From positions 91,741 through 155,740 of the forward strand of contig NW_008246097.1 of NCBI RefSeq assembly GCF_000281045.1: 64,000 nt of DNA, read 5' to 3'. Source of the stretch: Saprolegnia diclina VS20 (taxonomy: Eukaryota). Positions 9,138 through 21,168 of this stretch are shown here, one piece after another (within the stretch, counting starts at the first letter, position 1; every line of letters starts with the position of its first letter). Under the pieces are notes generated by a model that had not been told where the DNA came from, ran no database searches, and saw only the letters and a program-made list of their open reading frames with translations. The position numbers and the translations under genes are program-made.

Positions 9138-12100
9138 ATGAAGAAGGTCTTCCTCGCGGCCGTCCTCGCGGCGCCGATGATCGCGGCCAAGAGCATGGAG
9201 GCCGATCGGTCTAGCGTCTACGCTTACGGCGATGACGCGGACGCCGCCTATGGTGACCGCCAAGACAGCGACGACACGAAGGGTGGCCTCCGCAACTTTG
9301 TCGACGACGACGATGCCTACGCCACCGAAGGCTACGTGCACGGCTACACACAAGGCTATGTTCACGAGCACGACAAGCACCTCGCACCAGGTCCGCGTGG
9401 CAAGACGGGCGACCAGGGCAAGCCTGGCAAGAAGGGCGACCGCGGTGCGCGCGGTCCTCGAGGCTACGAGGGCGACAAAGGCGATCGTGGCAACAAGGGC
9501 GCCAAGGGTGACAAGGGAGAGCGCGGCGAGAACGGCAAGCGCGGCGACGAAGGCCCGAAGGGCAACCAGGGCCCGGAAGGCAAGCAAGGACCTCCCGGCC
9601 CCAAGGGTGATGATGGCGACCATCAACACAAAGACAAGCCCGCTGACAAGCCCGCTGACAAGCCTGCCGACAAGCCCGCTGACAAGCCTGCCGANNNNNN
9701 NNNNNNNNNNNNNNNNNNNNNNNNNNNNNNNNNNNNNNNNNNNNNNNNNNNNNNNNNNNNNNNNNNNNNNNNNNNNNNNNNNNNNNNNNNNNNNGCCAAG
9801 GGTGACAAGGGAGAGCGCGGCGAGAACGGCAAGCGCGGCGACGAAGGCCCGAAGGGCAACCAGGGCCCGGAAGGCAAGCAAGGACCTCCTGGCCCCAAGG
9901 GTGATGACGGCGACCATGAACACGAAGACAAGCCGGCGGACAAGCCCGACAAGCCCGACAAGCCCGCCGACAAGCCCGACAAGCCCGCCGACAAGCCCGA
10001 CAAGCCCGCCGACAAGCCCGACAAGCCCGCCGACAAGCCCGACAAGCCCGCCGACCCGGCCGACAAGCCCGACAAGCCAGCCGACAAGCCTGACAAGCCC
10101 AATCTGCTCGGTGTCTATGGCCGTCATGTTCTTTTGGAGAATGAATCGGAAGGCCATGGCCGTGGTGACGATGACGACGACGCCTCTGACGACAAGAAGG
10201 CCGACGACACAAAGGGCGGCCTCCGGGACTTTGTCGACGACAATGACGCCTATGCGACCGAAGGCTTTGTCCACGGCTACGTCCAAGGCTACGTGCACGA
10301 GCACGACAAACACCTCGCTGCGGGCGCTCGCGGCAAGAAGGGCCAGCAAGGCAACACGGGCGACAAGGGCGACCGGGGCCAGCGTGGTCCTCGCGGCAAT
10401 AAGGGCGACAAGGGCGACCGCGGTATCAAGGGCCCGAAGGGCGACAAGGGCGACCACGGCGAGAACGGCAAGCGCGGCGATGAAGGCCCGAAGGGCAACC
10501 GGGGCCCGGAAGGCAAGCAAGGTGCCAAGGGCCCCGAGGGCGATGCCGGCGACCACGAACACAAAAACAAACATGACAAGGACGACGACTCGAAAGACGT
10601 CAAGTTTGGTCTCTTCTTGGAGACGGCGCCGTATGCGTCCAAGGGCCAGGTGTACGCGCCGCCGAAGGGCAAGCCCCAAGGCCGCGCCACGACGGCGCCG
10701 CCGCTTGCCAAGGGCGAGAAGGAGTTCAACCAGTTTTGGAGCTCGGCCAAGTTTTGCGACGCGGAGCTCGCGCTGACCGAGTGCCTCATCCAGTGCAACG
10801 TCATCACCGACTTTGCGTCGTCGAGCCGAGTCGCCAAGTGCATCCAGCGCTTCTCCAACACGCTGTGCCCGACGCTGCCGGCCGACGGCTGTGACACGGG
10901 GCGCGTCACGCTCTCGCCGCAAAACTGCTCGAGCGATGCAGTGGTCGCGGCCATGTACACGATTGGCGAGATTCAAAAGACGACGATTGGCAACGAGAAG
11001 GCGCCGGTGGACCTCTACAAGGCCGACAACCCCGACTCGTTCTCGGCTATCAAGCTCGCGGTTACGATGCAGGCGCTGGTCAACTATGGCAACTGCGTCG
11101 GCGGCTCGCTGCTCAACTACGCCGACAAGTGCAATGCCCAGAATTTCTTCAACAGCAACACCAACACGTGCGTCAACGACATCCTCGCCACGTGCAACGG
11201 CAAGGCGACGAACGAAGCGACGACGCGCAACCCGATCCAGCTCGGCGACATCCTCACGACACCCAAGGTGCTGCCGGGGCCGCCGACGACGACGGTCTCG
11301 CCGTCTCTCGCTTTCCTGAGCGAAGACGATGCATCCAAAGAGCGCTTGTCGGCCAACGACTACATCCGCGACCACCACACAGAGGACGCCAAGGAAGTCG
11401 AGAAGCTCAGTGCGCTCATCAAGGGCGCGGACGCGATCGAGTACCGCAAGGTCGAGGTGACGATCACGGAGCACAAGTCGAGCGAGAACGAGGCGGGCCT
11501 CTCGGTGTGCCCCAACAGCTACACGCCGCTCAACTACCGCCTCCCGTTCGCCAAGGCGTTCAAGCCCGAGATGTTCAGCGCGGTCGGTGGCATCCCAGCC
11601 TCGGTGGTGCCGTACGACGTGCCGGGTTTCCCGCTCGACGACATTGCCTTTCACTTTCCCGCGCAAACGTTCGACCCCAAGACGCTGACGTGGAAGCCGG
11701 CGGTGTACGCCAAGGGCACCGCCAACCAGTTCCCCGAAGGCACGCCGCTCGACCCGCTCACGCCCAAGGGCGGCATCCGGGACACGTGCGAGAAGTTTCA
11801 CTTCCTCTCGATGCTCGCGTGGTTTGCGGGCGAGGACACGGGCGACTACTGCTTCACGATCGACGGCTACACGGCCGAGTTTGTCGAGTCGGGCGAGGTC
11901 CACCCGCTGAGCTGGGACGAAGTTCAAGTCGAGAGCCGGTGCTCGGACACGCAGGCACTGACCGCGCGCCAGAACGCCATCAAAGCCGAAGTCACGGTGC
12001 TCAAGACGGCGCCCAAGGACGCCATCAACGCCCTCTCGACCAAGCTCGCGGTCGACCAAAGCGCCCTCCTCGGCGTGGCGGTCGCGACGCCAGGGTGCGC

Positions 12101-12989
12101 GTCGTGCTACAACATCAAGTGGCGCGACCCGGCGTACTGCCCGCGCCACATTGCTCGCTTTGGCATGCAGCTCCGCTGCTGCAAGTCATTTGCCAACACG
12201 ATGGACGCCCGGATCGCCAAGACGCCGAGCAAGAAGCGCGTCGCCTGCGGCTCGTACTCGGACGAGTGGGACGGTGTGTGCACCGCCGAAGACAACCTCG
12301 AGTTTTCGCATACGGTCTACTCCAAGGTCGGGAAGGGCGAGCTCCAGCCGCGCACGTCGTCGTACTACACCAACAAGGACGGCGTGAGCAACAAGGTGCT
12401 GCAAATCTTTGCCATCTTCCAAGGCGCGCTCAAGAACCTTAGCGCCACGCAGCAAAAGCTCTTCTTGGAGGTGCTCGCGTTCTTCAACTGGAACACCGAC
12501 TGCAGCGTGGACGCGGCCCTGACGTTCGACCGGCCGACGCGCACGACGTACGTCAAGGTGCCGGTGGCCGACGACACGGCGATCTGCATCGACAAGCCCG
12601 ACCACTCGTACATCACGGGCAACGCGTGGTGCGACGCCGCCAACTCGCTCCTGCAGACCAACGTCGACTGGTCGACGCTCCTCGGCCTCGAGCCCAAGGA
12701 CGGCAAGTGCTACGCGCCCACGTGCCTCCTCTCGCGCTACGTGACGTGCTCCGAAGCTCCGGTGCCGGCGCCCAAGACGAAGGGGTACTACGTGCCCCAC
12801 GCCCGCGAGTACACGGCGCCCGAGAGCTACGACCGCAAGCTCCTTGCCGCGCCGAATGGCGCCAACGTGTACACGCTCAGCGCGATGGGCTTTATGGCCG
12901 GCATGGCCGCGATCGTCGTCGGCCAAGTTGTCCTCGCCGCGCGACGTGACGAGAGCGCCGAGTCGCCGTACCACCAGCAGCTCTTGTAA
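9138..12989 (+). CDS. Membrane-anchored modular collagen-like protein with Cys-rich ectodomain (spans an assembly gap)
   Basis: Signal peptide MKKVFLAAVLAAPMIAA; three Gly-X-Y blocks; DKPA repeats; ~750-aa Cys-rich region; TM (LSAMGFMAGMAAIVVGQVVLA); tail ending PYHQQLL. Confidence 0.88.
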   Translation: MKKVFLAAVLAAPMIAAKSMEADRSSVYAYGDDADAAYGDRQDSDDTKGGLRNFVDDDDAYATEGYVHGYTQGYVHEHDKHLAPGPRGKTGDQGKPGKKGDRGARGPRGYEGDKGDRGNKGAKGDKGERGENGKRGDEGPKGNQGPEGKQGPPGPKGDDGDHQHKDKPADKPADKPADKPADKPAXXXXXXXXXXXXXXXXXXXXXXXXXXXXXXXXXXAKGDKGERGENGKRGDEGPKGNQGPEGKQGPPGPKGDDGDHEHEDKPADKPDKPDKPADKPDKPADKPDKPADKPDKPADKPDKPADPADKPDKPADKPDKPNLLGVYGRHVLLENESEGHGRGDDDDDASDDKKADDTKGGLRDFVDDNDAYATEGFVHGYVQGYVHEHDKHLAAGARGKKGQQGNTGDKGDRGQRGPRGNKGDKGDRGIKGPKGDKGDHGENGKRGDEGPKGNRGPEGKQGAKGPEGDAGDHEHKNKHDKDDDSKDVKFGLFLETAPYASKGQVYAPPKGKPQGRATTAPPLAKGEKEFNQFWSSAKFCDAELALTECLIQCNVITDFASSSRVAKCIQRFSNTLCPTLPADGCDTGRVTLSPQNCSSDAVVAAMYTIGEIQKTTIGNEKAPVDLYKADNPDSFSAIKLAVTMQALVNYGNCVGGSLLNYADKCNAQNFFNSNTNTCVNDILATCNGKATNEATTRNPIQLGDILTTPKVLPGPPTTTVSPSLAFLSEDDASKERLSANDYIRDHHTEDAKEVEKLSALIKGADAIEYRKVEVTITEHKSSENEAGLSVCPNSYTPLNYRLPFAKAFKPEMFSAVGGIPASVVPYDVPGFPLDDIAFHFPAQTFDPKTLTWKPAVYAKGTANQFPEGTPLDPLTPKGGIRDTCEKFHFLSMLAWFAGEDTGDYCFTIDGYTAEFVESGEVHPLSWDEVQVESRCSDTQALTARQNAIKAEVTVLKTAPKDAINALSTKLAVDQSALLGVAVATPGCASCYNIKWRDPAYCPRHIARFGMQLRCCKSFANTMDARIAKTPSKKRVACGSYSDEWDGVCTAEDNLEFSHTVYSKVGKGELQPRTSSYYTNKDGVSNKVLQIFAIFQGALKNLSATQQKLFLEVLAFFNWNTDCSVDAALTFDRPTRTTYVKVPVADDTAICIDKPDHSYITGNAWCDAANSLLQTNVDWSTLLGLEPKDGKCYAPTCLLSRYVTCSEAPVPAPKTKGYYVPHAREYTAPESYDRKLLAAPNGANVYTLSAMGFMAGMAAIVVGQVVLAARRDESAESPYHQQLL
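9270..9623 (+). repeat. Collagen module copy 1: 40-aa His/Tyr cap + 26 Gly-X-Y triplets
   Basis: DDTKGGLRNFVDDDDAYATEGYVHGYTQGYVHEHDKHLAP, then GPR...GDH (9390-9623, 26 triplets). Confidence 0.9.
9633..9694 (+). repeat. 12-bp coding minisatellite (DKPA)n, runs into the gap
   Basis: GACAAGCC(C/T)GC(T/C) x5 and a partial sixth. Confidence 0.9.
9695..9794. other. Assembly gap (100 N)
   Basis: Run of exactly 100 N, probably a placeholder for unknown length. Confidence 0.99.
9927..10100 (+). repeat. Coding minisatellite of DKP/DKPA units (21-bp DKPADKP higher-order unit)
   Basis: Tandem GACAAGCCCGCCGACAAGCCC units. Confidence 0.9.
10203..10556 (+). repeat. Last collagen module copy: 40-aa His/Tyr cap + 26 Gly-X-Y triplets
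   Basis: DDTKGGLRDFVDDNDAYATEGFVHGYVQGYVHEHDKHLAA, then GAR...GDH (10323-10556). Same length as copy 1. Confidence 0.9.
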
Positions 12990-13837
12990 GACTCCACCCT
13001 AGTACTTGCGTCGTCTCTCAATTAAATGTGTTTATTAATAAACTTTCATTTTGTATGACGCGAAAGTGTTCAATATTGTCATTCGACCAATAACTCATTA
13101 GCAGCGCCGTCGAACGTACGGCTTTTCGTTTGCTCTTACTTGATGACGGTATAGCCCGCTTGGCTGAAACAAGGTATCCCAATAGCGACAACACGCGGAG
13201 GGAGCCATGGTACCCTACGCGCATCGACCGCAAGGACCATACCTCATGTGCTTCCCGACATGGTCCACTCGCGCTCGAGCACCCGCCGATATGCCGGCGG
13301 CGACAACCTCGACGTGCAGCCGCCACGACCGCCGAGTCGCTCGTGCGTGCAGCGCTGCAAGGGTGCGATCATGAACGAGTCGCGCAGCTACGCTGTTATC
13401 GTCATCGAGAAGCGAGGACGGCATGAGGTACGTGTGTTGCTTGAGAGAATGCGATCATGGATGGTCGATGCTTCTTTGCTACGACTAGACCGCCTAAACT
13501 CCTAAACCAACGCAAGCGAGCGACTGCCGTCGGCAGAGTTAACAGAGCCTGTGGGCCGAATGCTGCGATCTCCTCACCCCGACCCGGCGGCGGTGCGGAC
13601 CCCTGCAAAATGAGAAATGAATGAAAACGCAGTGGCGTGTGGAGGCGTCCAGTGTAATAACTTGTTGTAGGAACAAAAGCCGCCCCGTCGCTCGAACGTG
13701 CAGTTGTGCGTGCTGCTCGTTGGCAGCTGCCACGTCATGACCCCGTCGTTGCGCAAATGTACCGTATAAATGACCGTAAATAACATGGCTGTTGAGTGGC
13801 AAGAGAGCGGTAAGATTCCATTTGGACGTTTGGGCGG

Positions 13838-15397
13838 ATGGCGATCGTCGACGTGGTGGTGGTCGGTGGCGGCGTCGTGGGCACGGCCATCTTCCGCGAG
13901 CTCTGCTTGCGCGGGTACGACGTCGCCCTGCTCGAGAAGAACGCGTACTTGGCCCAAGGCGCGAGCAGCGGCAACTCGGGCATCGCATGCACGGGCTATG
14001 ACGCGCCTGTCGGTTCGATCGAGGTACTCCATACGCGCATCATCGTAGCTGGCACACGGGTGTATTAGCAAGCGTGCATTCGACGAGGGATCCAGCGCAA
14101 TGCGGCGGTCCACGCAGAGCTCGGCCTGCCGTCCAACCCTTGCGGCAGCCTTGTGGTCGCGTGGACGCCGGACGAGCTCGCCAAGCTCCCCGCCATCGTC
14201 GCCCTCAACCACGACCTCGGTGCGACAACACATTAACGTAAACGCAATGGCCACGAGGTAGCGTAGGTGACACGGACGTGACGATCCTTGACGCCGACGC
14301 CTTGTACGCGCTCGAGCCCGCTTTGGCCGCCGGCGCGCTCGGCGCCGTCCGAGTCCCTGGCGAAGTCGTCGTCGAGCCATGGCTCATCCCGATGGCGTAT
14401 GCTCTGCACGGGCTCGTCAACGGCGGCAGTATCCGCACGAACCACTGCGTCGCGTCCGGCGCCTTTTCGCCGTCGACGGTACCCTCGTCCCTTCTGGCGT
14501 GCTTGGACAATCTGTCTAGCACACGTGGACGCTACACTGCACGAACGGCGCGACCGTCGATGCGCGCTGCGTCATCAACTGCGCCGGCAACTATGGCGAT
14601 GTCGTCGAGGCCATCCACACACCGGACGCCGTGCCCTTTGCTGTCCGTGCGTCATATTGGTGTCAGCTTCGTCGATATTGGACTAGATTCGTCCGCGAAA
14701 AGGCCAGTTTGTCGTGTTTGGCGGACCCAATGTCCCGAGCCTCGGCCACGTACTCCAGCCGGTCCCGACGCACCGCACCAAAGGCGTGTTCGTCTTCCAG
14801 TCGGTCTACCATCAGATCATCGTCGGCTCGCTCGTACTCGCGAGGGCTGTCACGTCAAGGTGTGTATGGCGTAGGTGGGACCGACTGCCGAAGACCAAGA
14901 GGCCCGTGAGCACCCAACGACCGACCCGCTCACGCTCGCGCGTCTCGCCGACTTTGGCGAGCGCATTGTGCCCGGCCTGGCCGCGACACCCATCGTGGGG
15001 TCCTATGCTGGTATACCTCACGACTCTGCTAGTCGACCATCGACGACGAACGCTAGGACTTCGACCGGCGACGCAGCACCGCGACTACCAGCTCTCGCTT
15101 CACGTACCAAAGCGCTGGATCACTGTCGCGGGCATTCGGTCGACGGGCGTCACGGCGTCGCTCGGCATCGCCGAGCGCGTGGCCTGCGACTTTGTGCCGC
15201 AGCTTCCGGGCTTGGCGCCGCGCCCGCTGAAGAAACCCGTGGGCTTCCGCCTCCCGCCGATCGCGACGCTCGCAGCAGCCATGCACCCGACCGACTTCAC
15301 GCTTGAGCTGCACGGTATGACGTGGCGCGTCGACCACGCGATCACGCGCTACGGCTGGCATGCGCTGCATCATGACACGCCCGTGCCTCGTCTGTAG
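13838..15397 (+). CDS. FAD-dependent oxidoreductase (DAO family; GlpA/L-2-hydroxyglutarate oxidase-like), spliced
   Basis: DVVVVGGGVVG...VALLEK, GASSGNSGIACTGYDAP, VINCAGNYGD, RKGQFVVF, GPTAEDQE, GLRPA and AGIRSTGVTASLGIA. Confidence 0.85.
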
Positions 15398-15501
15398 CCG
15401 CTGCTTATGACAACACGAAGGACACTTCGCTCAACTGCCGCTGGCGTCCTATTTCATGCATCGCATACGTGGTAGTAGTATGTGTATGGTTTGCTGTGAT
15501 G

Positions 15502-16827
<1,326 letters not shown>

Positions 16828-16978
16828 CTATTTGCTTCGCTTCCATATTTCGATTGGTCGTTTCTTTCTTACATTATTTACGAAATCAAATTTATAGTGT
16901 ACTATACAACACAATTTAAAGTGCCCCGATATAGTATTTGATCGCCAGCATTTGCATTTGAATTTCAAAAGGAGCGAG

Positions 16979-18800
16979 ATGGCGTTCGAGTACCGGCGGC
17001 TGCTCGAGGACGACCGCGCCAAGGCGTACCTGCGCAGCTTCGCCTCGGAGCGCAGTCACTGGAACGAGCTCGTCGAGGCCACGTTCCTCTACGGCGTGCA
17101 CTGCATTGCGCAAAACTACGCGCTGCATACGCTGACCACCGACCAAGTCGTCGACATCACACGTACGCCTTCTCTCCTCGGCCATCGCCGCTAAGACCAA
17201 TCTTGTAGGGGCTACGCTCAAGAAGCCGCTGCACTACCATGCCACGCATGCGGTCCATGCGCACGAGGCAGCGCCAAAGCGCGCAATGGCGGCCAAACCC
17301 TCGTCGTCGTGGCGGCGTGGCAGCGCGGACGAGCCAAGCCCGAACCCGGTCGCGCCGCCACCGCCCACGACTCCAGCACCGGCGCTTCCCGACGGTACAC
17401 ACCGCGACCAAGCGCATGCTACATGATCTCGCTTTAGGACGCCAGGAGCTCGAGATGTACGCGGCGCTCGTGGGCAAGCCGTGGATGCAAGCGGCATGGC
17501 AATCGTTCGTCGCGACGACCGGGTATCCGTCCATCGACGTCGACGCGTCCGAAGACGCGTTCTACACCGCGTACGACGCACTGCGCGCTGCGCCGACGCT
17601 GACGCCGCACCCGGCGCCCCGAACGTTTCTCGATTTTGTGCGCGCTGCCTTGTTGCACGGCTTGCGCCCGCCGGTCGGGACAGATGTCGCACCACCAACG
17701 ATACAAGCCCCAAACACCGTGGATACGTCAAGCCAGCTTAACCCAGCAAAGATGGACGTATCATGTGACCAGCGTCGTCCAGCAACGACGTCCACGACAC
17801 GAAGCCAGCCTAGTCCGGCCAAGGCGACGACGAGAAGCCAGCCCAGCACACCGAGAGCGAGATCCCTTACCTCAGCGAGGACAACAACAACAACGTCCAA
17901 GGTGAAGACGGAGCTCGAGGCGCCAAAGGCCAACGTGCTTCGCGTCCGGAAGAACACGACGCAGCGCCTGCACGAAGCGCTCGCCAAGCACAAGCGCAAT
18001 GCCAATGACGCTACCACGTCGGTGCCACCCCGCGCGACGTCGCGCCCAATAGCTCGCCCAGGTACAAGAGCGCTTGACCCTCGTGTACGTCAAGCAGCCA
18101 AGTAGGCTCCAAGGCGCTTGAGATCGCCGAGATGCTGGCAGCCAGTCCGTTCTTGCAGACGGTCGAGACGTACGTTCGGTGACGCGTTTCCACGCTCATG
18201 CAGGATAAGGACACTTCCCGAGCCAACGACTACCGAGCCAACGCTGCAGTCGGAGCTCTACGGACCCGACCTGGTCGACACGGACGGCTGCAGAGGTGCT
18301 GCTTCTACCTCGCAATGGCGTAGCCTCAACCATCGTCCTAGCTCCATCAGCGAATCGGCAGCGCGCCAAAGACGCTCTCAAGCCCAAACGCCACGGTAGG
18401 TTCGCTAGCGATTGCAGTTGAGGTGACGGAATCGGTCTAGTCGACTACAAGGGCTGGCTTGGCGACTACGGACCCGCTCATACGCGCACGCTGGTGCCTG
18501 GCGACTGGAGTGAGCTCGATGACGCCGACACGCGTTGGCTCCAGCAACGCCGTACCTACAGCTCCGACTCGTTGGTGGTGCTGATGCCAGTGCGTGTTAG
18601 GCGGCACCAAAGCCGGGGACCTGCCCCCCTTCGAGTGGAACTTGGATGCGTACTCACGGAGCTCTTGCAGCACAGGTCTGACGCGACGGTGTAGGATCGA
18701 CGTCGAGGTTCCGCAAGAGTCTTCGGGCACATCTGCAGTGCACACGTCCGACATCGACCCCGCTTTCGAATGGCTCGTGCCCGAGTCCAGGCGAGTCTAA
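16979..18800 (+). CDS. Hypothetical protein, spliced
   Basis: Well-formed first exon MAFEYRRLLEDDRAKAYLRSF...VVDIT followed by a GTACGC donor; downstream low-complexity exons. 3' end uncertain. Confidence 0.55.
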
Positions 18801-18845
18801 GTCAAAATTTGACTTAGTAGTAGCAAATACTAGATTTTTTTCTTT

Positions 18846-20621
18846 TTATGGGGATTTTTGCAGTAGCAAGAGCAAGTGGACGCTTGTGTACAGTAGGTAG
18901 ACGCCAAAGAGCACCTTGCCGTACCACTTGGGGCACTGGAAGCGAGAGAAGGCGACCACACTGAGCGTACAGACCAGACTCAGCACGAGGAAGCCGAGCG
19001 ACACCTTGCAGTGCACGTCCCAAGCCACGTGCGTCGTCGACGTCATCGATGCGAGTCGCGCTAACAGCATCGGCAGACCGAGGCCAATGAGAAGGTTGAA
19101 GACGGGACCGCCAAAGCAGCCGGCGAGCGCCATCTCAGGGCACCCGCCGCGCGCAATCGCCACGTTCGTGCTCCAGTCACCGATCGAGTTGCCCCACGAG
19201 AGGATCTACAGACTTTGTATCAATCTATCGAGATATCGAGAGATCCACGGACCGTGAGGCCCACAACGCTCGGCGGTAGCGTGGTGATGTGCCCGACAGC
19301 CGCGAGCACCGCGACGAGCTCGGCTGCGAGGCCATAGATCCAAGCGACGCAGGCAACAAAACCGAGGGTGTAGAAACCCATGATAAGCGACCGCGACGTC
19401 GGCGCTGTCCGGTGGTACGTGCCAACGTACACGGCGAGCGAGAGCCCGAGACAGCAGCTCAGAACAGCAACCAAGCGGTGCGGCCGGGCATCGACAAGCC
19501 CGCCGAGCCAGAGCACAAACAAGCTCGTGGTGGTGACACTGAGCGCCGCGCGGCGACGCGACCAGCCGTTGACGCGCACGACGACCATGGGGATCGTCAG
19601 CTCGCGGGGTAGGTCCAAGAGCAGGTAGCGGACGTGACGCCAGTGCAGGCGCGGCACACGACGCCAGTGCCAGCGCCGACCAGGAGGACGTGGTGGCGGT
19701 GACGCGACCTCGTCACTGGTCTCGTCGAGGAGCGGCGACGCAAGGGTGTCTTCGCTCGAGCCAAAGTATGTGTCGTATATGGCGCCGTCAAACGCTTGCG
19801 ATGGTGCAGGAGTCGTCGATGCTTGCGTGATCGTTGTCATGGTGACAAACTTGTACGCTGGTGGAGACGTCTCGAAGAGCTGGGGCGCGTGCCAGAACGC
19901 AAAGAGCACGCCATGGTGATCGTCCTTGGGCGATGGCGTCGCCCAGCAGGTCGGGAGCACGACGAGGAGCACGTAGAGGGCGTAGACGAGCGGGAACGCG
20001 GCCATGTACATGGTAGACGCTTCGAGGACGCAGAGAATGATGAGCCCGACAGCGAAAAGCAGCGAGAGCACGTCGCGGCAAAACGCGCGGGGTGCAATCG
20101 CGACGAACGGCGACGTGGACGCGACGAGGACGGCGCCGACGACCATGGTCGTGACAAACATGGCGCCGCCGAGGAGCGCGTTGAGTCCGGTCTCCATCGC
20201 GCCTGACGATGACGAAGCGAGCGACGAGAAGACGTCGGGCGCACCTAGGTGGCATGAGCCTCCATCGCAAATCTGGTCAAAAGGTACCGTTTCCAAAGGC
20301 GAGCAAGGTGACGCCGGCCACGTCGAATGGAATGTGAAACTAGCGCAGCATGAGCATGCGCCGAGCCGTGACCATCGCACCTGGGTGCAGAGCGTCGAGA
20401 GCGTCGGCGAAAAGTACTCGTCGGCCGTGTTGCCCACTAGTCGAGGAGGATGCATGAGCATGCTGCGATCGAGGCGACAGCGTACGAAGGTAGAAGAGAA
20501 GGACGAGCCATACAGCGAGGAGTAGGCAGGACGCCCATGCCCACCCGGCCATGCTGCAGTAGTGGAACTCGAGGTAGTTGATCCCGAGCGGGCCCATCTC
20601 CATGTCATAGGAGCAGTTCAT
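18846..20621 (-). CDS. Cation/Ca2+ exchanger (CaCA superfamily, CCX/NCLX-like), spliced
   Basis: INYLEFHYC, GNTADEYFSPTL, alpha-1 AGVTLLAFGN/GAPDVFSS, and alpha-2 WGNSIGD...MALAGCFGGPVFNLLIGLG. Confidence 0.9.
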
Positions 20622-21168
20622 GGCAGGCGGCAAGATCTCGAGTCGGATTTCTTTTTCGGTGTTTTTTCTTTCCCGAGTAATTAATTCATATTCGTGCCAG
20701 CCTACTTGATATTTGTATCCGGCATTAAACTAAATTTAAAAAGTGGATGTCGGGGCTGAAATATTAACGACGACAGCAATCTTTCAGTTGGCTAATCGCA
20801 CGCATTTCTCGCCGACATGCACCCCACCGAACGAGTGGAGGCAAGTTCGGATAGTGCGAGTGCTTGCAAAGCTACTCAATGGCTTGTATTGAGTGTATAA
20901 AGTGTACATTCGGCGAGATTTCCAGTGAATATTGGCGTCGGGTGGGGCGTGGAGCGGCGTAAGAGGCGTGCGTTTAGCCAATTTTATTCCACAGCCATTT
21001 CTGAGCGAATTACGGCACCTAATTCCTACTGCCGATAGATTGGTGTGTTGTGTAAAATATACCTTGTTATTTGTATGGGTATTGATTGTGCAAAAAAAAC
21101 TTGAGATTGCAAAGCGCCGGCCAAGGTGTGGTGCGAGATATTTGGGTATCTTGCGCGCCTGTGACGGG

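Noticed and set aside
9633..10100. Short direct repeats as a possible CRISPR array
   Set aside because: Contiguous in-frame coding repeats without unique spacers; eukaryotic context and no cas genes.
9051..12149. 1032-aa minus-strand ORF opposite the collagen gene
   Set aside because: Antisense shadow of strong GC3 codon bias and repeats; V/L/A/R-rich with no domain signal.
13838..15397. Bacterial contamination or recent HGT for the GlpA/LhgO-like oxidoreductase
   Set aside because: Several spliceosomal introns and host-like composition; origin cannot be judged without a phylogeny.
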